The position numbers were made by a program, and so were the translations under genes. From a virus (lineage: Duplodnaviria; Caudoviricetes): 50,353 nt of DNA. The DNA lies in IMG/VR virus record IMGVR_UViG_3300020593_000139, positions 1 to 50,353 of that record; one strand, given 5' to 3'. Shown here in pieces: positions 17,894 through 25,764 of this stretch. The notes beneath the pieces are model-generated. The model was not told the DNA's origin and ran no database searches. It was given only the letters and a program-made list of their open reading frames with translations. Every line of letters begins with the position of its first letter. Within the stretch, counting starts at the first letter, position 1.

Positions 17894-19822
17894 GTGAAAC
17901 TGCAATCAGCTCTTGCGCTGGCTGGCAGTGGGTTTCGTGTCTTCCCGCTGTCACCCAACAGCAAGGTTCCACCCAAGGAGTTTCCTTGGAAGGACGAAGC
18001 CACCACGGATGAAGCGAAGATCCGTCAGTGGTGGGAAGAAAACCCGAAGTACAATATCGGCGTAGCTGCCGGCCATGGTCTGCTTGTCGTGGACGCGGAC
18101 TGCAAGAACGGCAAGCCAGGAATGCAGTCCCTCGAACTGCTGGACATGCTCGGCATGCCGGAATCGCTTCGCGTCTACACACCTTCAGGCGGCGTCCATG
18201 TCTATCTGAAGTCCGACGAGGATTTCCAGAACCGCGTTGACAGCCTTCCCGACTACCCCGGCATTGATATCCGCAGTGCCGGGGGTTACGTCGTTGGTCC
18301 TGGCTCCACGCTCAACGGCAAGGCGTACGAGGCCAAAGGCACCACGGTCGCAGCTGCCCCGGACTGGTGGAAGCAGCATCTGAAGGAAACCACGCCGAAG
18401 CACATTCCGCATTCAGACACACCGCTGGTCGAGCTTGACCGGCCCGAGCACATCCTGAAGGCCGTGGACTATCTCTTGAACACGGCACCTGAAGCGATCG
18501 AGGGCAGCGGCGGTGACGAAACCACATACAAGGTGGCCGCGCACCTGCGCGATCTCGGGATCTCCGAGGGCAAAGCCTTCGACCTCATGGTCAACATGTG
18601 GAACGACACCAAGGCAAGCCCGCCGTGGGATTACGACGACCTGCGCACGAAGGTCGAGAACGCGTACCAGTACGCAACAGGTGGGTGGGGCGCGAAGACT
18701 GCGCTTGGCGAGTTCGGGGACGTTTCCGGCATCGCTGGCGACCAAGGCCCGCCGCCGCAGCACATTCCCGACGAGGCCAAGCCGAAAACGGCCAAGTCGC
18801 CATCCAAGCTGCATTTCCTCACGTACGACGAAATGCTCAACCTGCCGGAACCGGAGTGGCTGATCGATGGCGTCATACAGCGCAACTCTGCCGCCCTGAT
18901 GTTCGGCAAGTCGAACAGCTTCAAATCCTTCCTTGCGATCGATCTCGGGCTCTCCGTGGCCACCGGACGGCCATGGCACGGCAACCAGACGAAACAGGGC
19001 AGGGTGCTGTTTGTCGCCACCGAGGGTGCCAACGGCGTCGGACGGCTCCGTATCCCCGGATGGCTGGAGCATTACAGCATCCCGGCTGAACTGAGAGCAA
19101 ACGTGTTCCTGTACCCGCAGGAAATCTGCCTCGACGACAAGGAGCAGGTCAAAGCGCTCATTGCAGCGTGTCAGGCCATCGGGGGATTTGAACTGATCGT
19201 GCTCGACATCTTCGGCGGCACAATGATGGGCTCGGAAACAGAGGACACTACGGCCAGGACGTGGGTGCACAACATTCAGGCCCTGATGCGGGCCACCGGG
19301 GCGGCAACGCTCACGGTCGCGCATACGGGCTGGCAGGACGATACGCGCGCCCGCATGCACACGCACTTCTGGGGCTCCTTTGACACGCGAATGAAGGTCG
19401 AGGGCGACAAGGAGAAGATGACAACGCTGCTGATGATCGAGCGCCACAAGGACGCGGACAGTCACGGCCATTGGGGCTTCAATCTGGAGTCGGTCGAACG
19501 GACGCTGGTGCCTGTTTACGATCCCGAGGCGAAGGCAGAGGGTAACGTATCATGGCCCGAAAGTCTGAGGACGGCTGCGGCGGCGTTGGACATGGCGATT
19601 TCCGAGCATGGCGTGTTGAAGTTCGGCGATGAGTGGCCCGCCTGCAAGGTAGTCGAAATCCGCATCTGGAGGGAGTTCTGCTACAACCTCGGGTTGTCAA
19701 AATCGGACGATCCGGGCACGCAGGCGAGGGCGTTCCGGCGTGCTCGGGAGCAGCTTTTAGGTAAAAAAGCTGTAGAAATCTACGAAGATTTTGTGTGGCC
19801 GACGTTCGATAGCAAGGGCTGA
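17894..19822 (+). CDS. Bifunctional primase-polymerase (Prim-Pol) / PriCT / AAA RepA-like helicase
   Basis: N-terminal VFPL..NSK.P, NIG, VVDAD, TPSGGVHVY, DIRSAGGYVVGPGS; C-terminal EWLIDG, Walker A GKSNSFKSF, IVLD; GTG start after GAGGGA. Confidence 0.92.
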   Translation: MKLQSALALAGSGFRVFPLSPNSKVPPKEFPWKDEATTDEAKIRQWWEENPKYNIGVAAGHGLLVVDADCKNGKPGMQSLELLDMLGMPESLRVYTPSGGVHVYLKSDEDFQNRVDSLPDYPGIDIRSAGGYVVGPGSTLNGKAYEAKGTTVAAAPDWWKQHLKETTPKHIPHSDTPLVELDRPEHILKAVDYLLNTAPEAIEGSGGDETTYKVAAHLRDLGISEGKAFDLMVNMWNDTKASPPWDYDDLRTKVENAYQYATGGWGAKTALGEFGDVSGIAGDQGPPPQHIPDEAKPKTAKSPSKLHFLTYDEMLNLPEPEWLIDGVIQRNSAALMFGKSNSFKSFLAIDLGLSVATGRPWHGNQTKQGRVLFVATEGANGVGRLRIPGWLEHYSIPAELRANVFLYPQEICLDDKEQVKALIAACQAIGGFELIVLDIFGGTMMGSETEDTTARTWVHNIQALMRATGAATLTVAHTGWQDDTRARMHTHFWGSFDTRMKVEGDKEKMTTLLMIERHKDADSHGHWGFNLESVERTLVPVYDPEAKAEGNVSWPESLRTAAAALDMAISEHGVLKFGDEWPACKVVEIRIWREFCYNLGLSKSDDPGTQARAFRRAREQLLGKKAVEIYEDFVWPTFDSKG

Positions 19823-19827
19823 AAATG

Positions 19828-20091
19828 ACTTGCAAGAGTAAAAGCGGACAAGGCGGACAAGGGCGGACAAAGGCGTTTTGTCCGTTTGTCCGGCCAACCG
19901 GGACTAGGGCGGGGAGCGCGGACATGGCGGAGGGGACAACTCATATAGTAGAGAGTTGTCCCCCCTTGTCCGCCCCCTGTCCTCCGCTGCCTGTCCGTGT
20001 CCGCCCCCATCTGGCAGCGAAAATTGGGCTTGTCCGGACATGTCCGCCTGCGGTCCGAATGTTGGATTATGTGGAAACTTGCAAGAGCAAA
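19828..20091. repeat. GGACA/TGTCC repeat cluster with central inverted repeat; candidate replication origin
   Basis: About 15 GGACA/TGTCC copies in both orientations, 11-bp IR (19932-19942/19953-19963) around an AT-rich loop, directly after the primase-helicase gene. Confidence 0.7.
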
Positions 20092-20205
20092 TGCAGGCGT
20101 GTTATACGACAAACTGTGATCGGCATGGCCGAGGTCGTTCTGAAGGTCGTTCTGATGGTTGTGCTGGTTGTGGTTGTACTGGGGTCGAGAGGAAGGAGGT
20201 TGTAA

Positions 20206-20511
20206 GTGCCAGTATACCGAAATGACGACATCGAGATTTTCGACGAGTGGGAGTACAGAGGGCAGGTCTACGTCTGCGTGGACATCGAGCCCCACACCCG
20301 CCTGGATGGCAAGACGACCTACCTTGCGCACATGGCGTCCTGCTGCGCCGACTGTGGCGAGAAGTTCATCACCCGGATCTCGATCAAGGCGAGGAAGATC
20401 GAACCGGTCAGGCGTTGTGAAACCTGTCGCGAACTCGCCCTGGCTCGGGCAGGGGGCATCAGGCGTCCACGCGCCCGCACCCGCAAGCACCTCGGCAAGC
20501 GTCCGGACTGA
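20206..20511 (+). CDS. Zn-ribbon-like phage protein
   Basis: CADC...CETC; AAGGAGG SD before a GTG start. Confidence 0.7.
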   Translation: MPVYRNDDIEIFDEWEYRGQVYVCVDIEPHTRLDGKTTYLAHMASCCADCGEKFITRISIKARKIEPVRRCETCRELALARAGGIRRPRARTRKHLGKRPD

Positions 20512-20517
20512 TGCCGG

Positions 20518-20580
20518 AAAATTGGACTTGGAGAAAAAATTGGACTTCGAGGAAAAATTGGACCTTCAGAAAAAACAGGA
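20518..20580 (+). repeat. 18-bp tandem repeat, three copies plus a partial (AAAATTGGAC...)
   Basis: aaaattggacttggagaa / aaaattggacttcgagga / aaaattggaccttcagaa. Confidence 0.85.
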
Positions 20581-21076
20581 AGTGGAAGCCCGCGCGCTGG
20601 AGAGAGCCCTGGCCCGCATCAGGCGCATGCGCGAGACGGGCGGCGGGTCGCGGGCGCGTCCGGCGGTCAAGGTGGATTGGAGTAAGCATGCGCGCAAGGC
20701 TGCACGGACCCGCAAGGCGCGTCAGGCAAAGCGCAGGCGCGAGATCCAAGCGCAGAATGCGCCCATATCCGCTAGGCTTGGAGTCGCCAAACTAGGCTTG
20801 CCGGGATGGAAAGTTGCGCTGGCAAGGATGGAGCCGGGGAAGGTTTACCGGATGGCCGACTTTCGCGCGATGATGCCGGAATATAGCTATTCTGGAATTA
20901 AAACGTTTGTGTTTTCCAAACTTGTGCCGGCGGGACTCGTCGAGCAGATCGATAATCCGGATTATGAGCGCATGAAAGCGATCCAGCCGACATATGCCGT
21001 TCGCTATCTTTACAGAATGGCCGAGAACGCCTCAGATTTGGCTCAGGAATGGCGTTCTGCCCTCGGCGAGTGTTAG
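20540..21076 (+). CDS. Basic phage protein with possible C-terminal winged-helix domain (start uncertain)
   Basis: 3' part of ORF 20159-21076; in-frame TTG at 20540 preceded by GGAG. Confidence 0.55.
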   Translation: MDFEEKLDLQKKQEVEARALERALARIRRMRETGGGSRARPAVKVDWSKHARKAARTRKARQAKRRREIQAQNAPISARLGVAKLGLPGWKVALARMEPGKVYRMADFRAMMPEYSYSGIKTFVFSKLVPAGLVEQIDNPDYERMKAIQPTYAVRYLYRMAENASDLAQEWRSALGEC

Positions 21077-21163
21077 TACCTATGCGCGGCAAGAAACGCG
21101 TGTACGGGCAAAATAGAGGGAATTATGAGGAATTGGCTTTTAGGCGTACAATCCGACAAAAAG

Positions 21164-21192
21164 AAAACCCCGGCATGAGATCCGGGGTTTTT
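21164..21192. terminator. Bidirectional intrinsic terminator
   Basis: AAAACCCCGG-N8-CCGGGGTTTTT between convergent operons. Confidence 0.85.
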
Positions 21193-21307
21193 GTGCTTCG
21201 GTGGCGTGGTAGCTGGCCAGCTGGTCAGATAGGCGTTGATTGAGCCAGCAGCAAGGCGATGAACAGCAGCGCGGCGAGTGTGCGCCCGGATAGACTTAGC
21301 AGCGCGA

Positions 21308-21802
21308 TCAATTCAGCAACTCCGACGCATAGCCGTTGAAATATTCCCCGCGCACCACGGCCAGCATATCGCGGAAGTCGTAGAAGTCGAATTGATCGCG
21401 GTGTTCCCGTATGTAATCGATCCGCTCTTGTGCCGTGTAGCAATCTTTCCAGACTTCGTTTGCTTCCTGCATTTCCAGTTCTGACCAATGATCCTCATTT
21501 ATGACGGGGTAGTCCTCCAGAGCTGCGGCTATTTCGTCGGCAGTCTCAAGCGCCTGGCTGTCGCTTTCATGTATCGCGATCCATTCAACCCAACCGACAG
21601 CCCAATGCCCTTCGTGCACTACCTTAACGGTTTCTGACTCCCCGCCTAATGCCTTGAGCATGCAGGCAAAGTTTGATCGCGCGAGCGCGTCGCTGTCGCG
21701 ATGCTGGCCGACTCCTGCGGAATAGTGTTCTGGCCAAGACTCGCCAATGTAGCATTCCGGACGAGTCCAGCGCTTGAGGTGTTTCGGCGTGTAATTTTCC
21801 AT
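21308..21802 (-). CDS. Acidic phage hypothetical protein (HWAVGWVEW motif)
   Basis: 164 aa; AAGGA SD; part of the leftward early-like cluster. Confidence 0.75.
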   Translation of the reverse strand: MENYTPKHLKRWTRPECYIGESWPEHYSAGVGQHRDSDALARSNFACMLKALGGESETVKVVHEGHWAVGWVEWIAIHESDSQALETADEIAAALEDYPVINEDHWSELEMQEANEVWKDCYTAQERIDYIREHRDQFDFYDFRDMLAVVRGEYFNGYASELLN

Positions 21803-21825
21803 GTTCGGTTTCCTTCCCTAAAATC

Positions 21826-22194
21826 CTACATTTCGCGGAAAACGAAATAGGCGAACACGAGTGAATCCGGCTCGCAGGTGGTTTCTTCCGGGAGATCCAA
21901 GAACAGTTTGCGCTGCCCCCGCTTTGCTGGCTTGAGCCTGTTCACTGCGGCGTAGGCAGCGCGCGTCAACCTGTCGGCTTCCTTTTCCTTCCATGCAGGA
22001 ATGAAGTCCCTGGAAAGCAGTTCTGCGGCTTCCGTGGAGCCCATGACGTAGCCGTGGCGCAGTTCATCCTTGATGGCGTCCTTAACTTCCTTGAGCGTCA
22101 TTCCCCTATGAACAAGGATTTGCACATGCGGCAGGTGATGGCCTGTCCAATAGTCCGGCAGGCAGGTGTCGGCGTGGCAGCATTCAAGTCTCAT
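21826..22194 (-). CDS. Phage hypothetical protein (122 aa)
   Basis: GAGG SD; tightly packed in the leftward cluster. Confidence 0.7.
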   Translation of the reverse strand: MRLECCHADTCLPDYWTGHHLPHVQILVHRGMTLKEVKDAIKDELRHGYVMGSTEAAELLSRDFIPAWKEKEADRLTRAAYAAVNRLKPAKRGQRKLFLDLPEETTCEPDSLVFAYFVFREM

Positions 22195-22291
22195 TTTCCG
22201 TTTTCCTCAATCGTGCGTGTTTTCCTACATTCCCGCCACGCCAAGAGACAGCATGGCGGTTCCTGTTACGAACAGGGATATTGCGGCAAGC

Positions 22292-22795
22292 TCAAGCAAC
22301 CCGCGCATTGTCGAGATCCCGAATTATTTCGTGAATGACGTGATCCAGCGCGATGCCTTGCCCAGTTGTTCGGCGACCCCAAACAACCATTCCGGCAAAG
22401 TCGAAATCGACTTTTTCGCCCTTGGCTTGAAGCAATTCGCCTAGCCAGCGCGAGACGGCCCAATGCTCGAAAATTTCGGATTCATGGGGCTCTATGCCCT
22501 CGGCGTCGCAAAGCTCCTCCCAGTCGTCATAGTCGGCCATACGTGGATCATGGCCAGTAGGGGCAACAAACATTCCGTTGTGTTCGTTGCGCGTCCATCC
22601 TGCCTCAGTCGCGGCCTCCTCATAATCGAGAACTGGCGTTGAAAGCTCAAAAGCTTGTTCCGTCAGTTCCTCCAGATCGCTGCGGAAGTCTATGCGCCCA
22701 TATCCCTGCGCCAACGTATGAACTAGGTGAGACACGCAAAGGAACACTTCGTTGCGGACTAGGCGCTGTGCCTTTTCATAGAGAACATTATCCAT
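22292..22795 (-). CDS. Acidic phage hypothetical protein (EHWAVS...WGRRTTGQGI motif)
   Basis: 167 aa; GAGG SD. Confidence 0.75.
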   Translation of the reverse strand: MDNVLYEKAQRLVRNEVFLCVSHLVHTLAQGYGRIDFRSDLEELTEQAFELSTPVLDYEEAATEAGWTRNEHNGMFVAPTGHDPRMADYDDWEELCDAEGIEPHESEIFEHWAVSRWLGELLQAKGEKVDFDFAGMVVWGRRTTGQGIALDHVIHEIIRDLDNARVA

Positions 22796-22798
22796 GGC

Positions 22799-22921
22799 TT
22801 AGATCCTCGAATTAGCAAAACTGAAGAATTGCTTGGCTGCTAGTGCCTGCCGGCGCGCCACGCGAATCCGCGATCGCTTGCTGTCCCGGCGCTGGCAATC
22901 GTTGTTTGTAGGCTTGTACAT
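22799..22921 (-). CDS. Small basic peptide (40 aa, MYKPTNNDCQRRDSKRSRIRVARRQALAAKQFF...)
   Basis: Read from the sequence; GAGGAGG SD. Confidence 0.5.
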   Translation of the reverse strand: MYKPTNNDCQRRDSKRSRIRVARRQALAAKQFFSFANSRI

Positions 22922-22953
22922 GGTTTAATCCTCCTCAAAATCCTACAAGCTGG

Positions 22954-23565
22954 TTAAAGGAAAAGCGTCCCGTCTTCGTTGAATTGAGACGCGGCAGCAT
23001 CGATTCCTTGCTCGATACATTCATCTGACATTAGCCATTCCGCCTCGGCCTCAAGTCGGCGATAGATCCAGCGCATGAAATCGCGCAGGATGTCGGCGAG
23101 ATCCTCGGCAGCATCGGCGTCGGCGTGGTAGCCGTCGCGGTAAACATCGATAGACGTGCAAAATTCGTGGTAATAATGCCCGCGATGGCTAACTGTCGCT
23201 GTTAGCTGGAAAAAGTTCCGGCGCTGTAGCGCGTAAAGCCTATCGGCGATGGAATGCAATTCCGTGTCTTTAGGCGCGTGTTCCCGGATGACCTTTTTGC
23301 TGTGCCTGGCGTAGCGGTAGGAGCCCTCAAAGCATGCGCCGTCGCCTTGACTCCAGAAGCCCGAAAACCAGATCGCCGGCGTGTTCTTGCCCTTCCTGTC
23401 GATGTCGATGCCGAGAATTTTGGCTATTTCGTCGGCGTCGTCATAAACAAATTCCCACCATTCGTAGTCAAGCGCATGCGCGCGGAATTGATCGCGGGCG
23501 ATGGCTTTTGCTTCATCTGACAATTCATCATAGGTGTAGGCGAGTTTTTCGATAACCTGCGGCAT
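22954..23565 (-). CDS. Acidic conserved-looking phage/MGE protein (YTYDELSDEAK...FSGFWSQGDGACF)
   Basis: GGAGG SD before ATG 23565; resembles a family I recall being auto-annotated as 'antitoxin of TA stability system', function unverified. Confidence 0.72.
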   Translation of the reverse strand: MPQVIEKLAYTYDELSDEAKAIARDQFRAHALDYEWWEFVYDDADEIAKILGIDIDRKGKNTPAIWFSGFWSQGDGACFEGSYRYARHSKKVIREHAPKDTELHSIADRLYALQRRNFFQLTATVSHRGHYYHEFCTSIDVYRDGYHADADAAEDLADILRDFMRWIYRRLEAEAEWLMSDECIEQGIDAAASQFNEDGTLFL

Positions 23566-23594
23566 GTCGGCTTCCTCCAATAGGTGGCCAGCGA

Positions 23595-23891
23595 TTAAAG
23601 CGCCGGCGCGACGGTTTCATTCCACCATTCGTCGATGAAAGCGCCGGAATAGTCGGCTATGACCTCCTCTTGATCGAGTTGGGGGATAATCAGCGCCGAA
23701 CCAATGACGCGTTCCCCGTCGAGCAGCGCAAGGCGCATTTCCCCGCATGCCTCCAGCGCCTTTACGGCCTCGCTGATGTCCCGGCCGCGATAGTCGTATT
23801 CTTCCGGGGAGTCATAGAAACAAACGAATGTGAAGCCCTCGGCTTTAGCGGCTTGGAGCAACTTCCGAACGTATTTCATATTGCTTGCCAT
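23595..23891 (-). CDS. Acidic phage hypothetical protein (98 aa), first gene of the leftward cluster
   Basis: AAGGA SD; directly downstream of the promoter at 23931-23958. Confidence 0.72.
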   Translation of the reverse strand: MASNMKYVRKLLQAAKAEGFTFVCFYDSPEEYDYRGRDISEAVKALEACGEMRLALLDGERVIGSALIIPQLDQEEVIADYSGAFIDEWWNETVAPAL

Positions 23892-23930
23892 GGTTCAGTT
23901 TCCTTCGGTTTGTGTGAATTTATGTCGTAT

Positions 23931-23958
23931 AGTATATTTCGCAAAATCCGACAGTCAA
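23931..23958 (-). promoter_or_regulatory. Strong sigma70-like leftward promoter with the 16-bp phage motif in its spacer
   Basis: Minus strand TTGACT-gtcggattttgcgaaa(16)-TATACT. Confidence 0.7.
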
Positions 23959-23975
23959 GAGGGATAGGTTAAAAG

Positions 23976-24524
23976 ATGACAACTAGGCAGGGAGGCGCAA
24001 AGGCGCGAGATCCGCTTACACCGTCAAGAGTCGCTAACACATTGGAAAATGAGGGGATTTTGCTCTCCGAAAAGCAATTTTTGATGCTCTATTTCTTCCT
24101 TCAGGGGAGCACAAAAACTGAAGCATGTGCCAAGGCGGGATTGCGTCCGACATCGGCTTCAATACTGTTCGGCAGCAGCAAAATGCAGGCGGCGATCGCG
24201 GCAGTGCTGGAGAAATTCCTTGTCGCGGACGCTGCGCCGGCAGCGCTGCGGACGCTCTATCAGATCCTGCACGACACAAAAGCAGCGCCGGGAGTCCGTG
24301 TGCAGGCGGCGAACAGCCTGCTAGACCGCGCTGGCTTTGACAGTAAGCGTTTGGCGCAGGCAGCGCGCGACAGTGACAAGCTAGACAGTGAGAAGACCGC
24401 GGAAGAATTGCGCGCCGAGATCGCAGCGCTTGAGCGCGAATTGAGCAATAGAGCCGTTGATATCACGCCCAACGCGCCAAATGACGCGCCAACCGATGCC
24501 CAACTAGCTGAAATGTTTGAGTGA
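23976..24524 (+). CDS. Probable terminase small subunit (HTH plus oligomerisation helices)
   Basis: LSEKQ...TEACAKAG HTH, VRVQAANSLLDRAGF motif and coiled-coil tail. Confidence 0.65.
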   Translation: MTTRQGGAKARDPLTPSRVANTLENEGILLSEKQFLMLYFFLQGSTKTEACAKAGLRPTSASILFGSSKMQAAIAAVLEKFLVADAAPAALRTLYQILHDTKAAPGVRVQAANSLLDRAGFDSKRLAQAARDSDKLDSEKTAEELRAEIAALERELSNRAVDITPNAPNDAPTDAQLAEMFE

Positions 24525-24810
24525 GTTTGCGCCTATGCAAGGCACAAACGCGAGATCCGGACCCCGGCATGTGCCGCCGGCGTGTCTGCGGCAGGATAGC
24601 GCCTCGGCCAGTTGCGCAGGGTAGGGCGCGCCTCGCCGGCAGTCGATCGGCGGACCCGGACCCCGGCACCACCTCGGCCAGAGGCCCGACCCGCCCCCTG
24701 GCCCCCTCCCGACCTATGCAGTGCGAAACCTGCATAGGCCGCTCTACTAAATTTTGGATTTTGCGAAGTTTTTGCTCTTGCAAGGCGTCCTACACCATGC
24801 TACAAAACCG

Positions 24811-24939
24811 CCATCCTCCCAACGGCGATCGGGGGCTTTTTTCCTTCGGTTTCCTCACCCCGATCGCCGCCTCCTCCGAGGATGCCGTATTTCTCCGATG
24901 GACCAACTAAAAAGGGGGTGCTGTCACCCCCTTCTTTTT
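24811..24939 (+). ncRNA. Candidate ~130-nt small RNA
   Basis: Promoter TTGCAA-N17-TACAAA (24778-24806); 12-bp stem 24823-24834/24858-24869 and 7-bp stem 24812-24818/24878-24884; terminator hairpin 24912-24939. Confidence 0.55.
24909..24939. terminator. Bidirectional intrinsic terminator
   Basis: A-run + AAGGGGGTG-ctgt-CACCCCCTT + T-run. Confidence 0.8.
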
Positions 24940-25673
24940 GCGAGCCCCATAAGCCCTTCCAGATCTGGCATGAACATCTGCGGTAGCTGCCGATCCCGCT
25001 GCGCGGTCTGCTTCGCAAGCATCGTGGCCTGAAGCGGATCGCCAGTCCTCTGCGGAACTGGAGCCTCGTCCATTCCCCCGGCGACCTGCTGCTCCATCTG
25101 AGGTGCCACCTGCACGAACGCTGCCGCCAGCGGATTGGCCGGTGCGACCGGCCCCACCGGTCCTGCCGCCGCTCCAGTGGCCGGGGGAACCATCCCGCCA
25201 CCCATGGCCATAAGCCCGCGAGCTTCCCCGCCTACCGGGACCGGAGCAGGAGCAGGGGCGGGAGCCCGACCGCCACCGCCACGGTTGCCATGCAATTCGA
25301 TGTGCCATGGCTCGTTGGCCAGGGGGAAGGCCAGCCCGAAGTTCCCGGCGTTCTGGTGCACCCAAGCCTTGGCCGCGTCGTTGAGGAACTTCAGGTCAGC
25401 TGCGGTGCCGTGGTTATGGAAGGAGCGTCCGGGAGGGGCCACCCATTTGCGCGCCTTCTCCGGCGACCCATACTTCTTCAGCGCCTGTTCCCAAAGCTGC
25501 TTCTGGCGCTCGGGCGAACGGAAACCGGAATTGATCTTCAGGTTCTGTTGGATCTCGGGAGGCGCTGCCGCGATCATGGCCTGAAGCGCTTGCAGGAATG
25601 CGGGATTCATCCCCGAGAAGCTATCAGGCCGCGTTGCGCCCCCGATGGCGAATTGCGAAAGGTCTACAGCCAT
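24924..25673 (-). CDS. Peptidase M15B/VanY-like peptidoglycan peptidase with low-complexity C-terminus
   Basis: SGFRSPERQ..LW, APPGRSFHNHGTAADL (SxHxxGxAxD), EPWH. Confidence 0.88.
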   Translation of the reverse strand: MAVDLSQFAIGGATRPDSFSGMNPAFLQALQAMIAAAPPEIQQNLKINSGFRSPERQKQLWEQALKKYGSPEKARKWVAPPGRSFHNHGTAADLKFLNDAAKAWVHQNAGNFGLAFPLANEPWHIELHGNRGGGGRAPAPAPAPVPVGGEARGLMAMGGGMVPPATGAAAGPVGPVAPANPLAAAFVQVAPQMEQQVAGGMDEAPVPQRTGDPLQATMLAKQTAQRDRQLPQMFMPDLEGLMGLAKRRG

Positions 25674-25764
25674 TTGCGAACTCCAAGGGGCTTGTTAAAT
25701 CGAGGTTCCGTGTCGTATTATAGGGAAAGTTCGCGAATTTGTAACATCCAACGTGGGTAACGCA

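Noticed and set aside
19825-20205. 126-aa ORF over the GGACA repeat region (and antisense ORF 19780-20490)
   Set aside because: Low-complexity translation of the repeat region with no SD; better explained as non-coding cis-acting DNA
19828-20580. Repeats as a CRISPR or mini-array
   Set aside because: Units are 5-18 bp, irregular or directly tandem, without unique spacers of constant length
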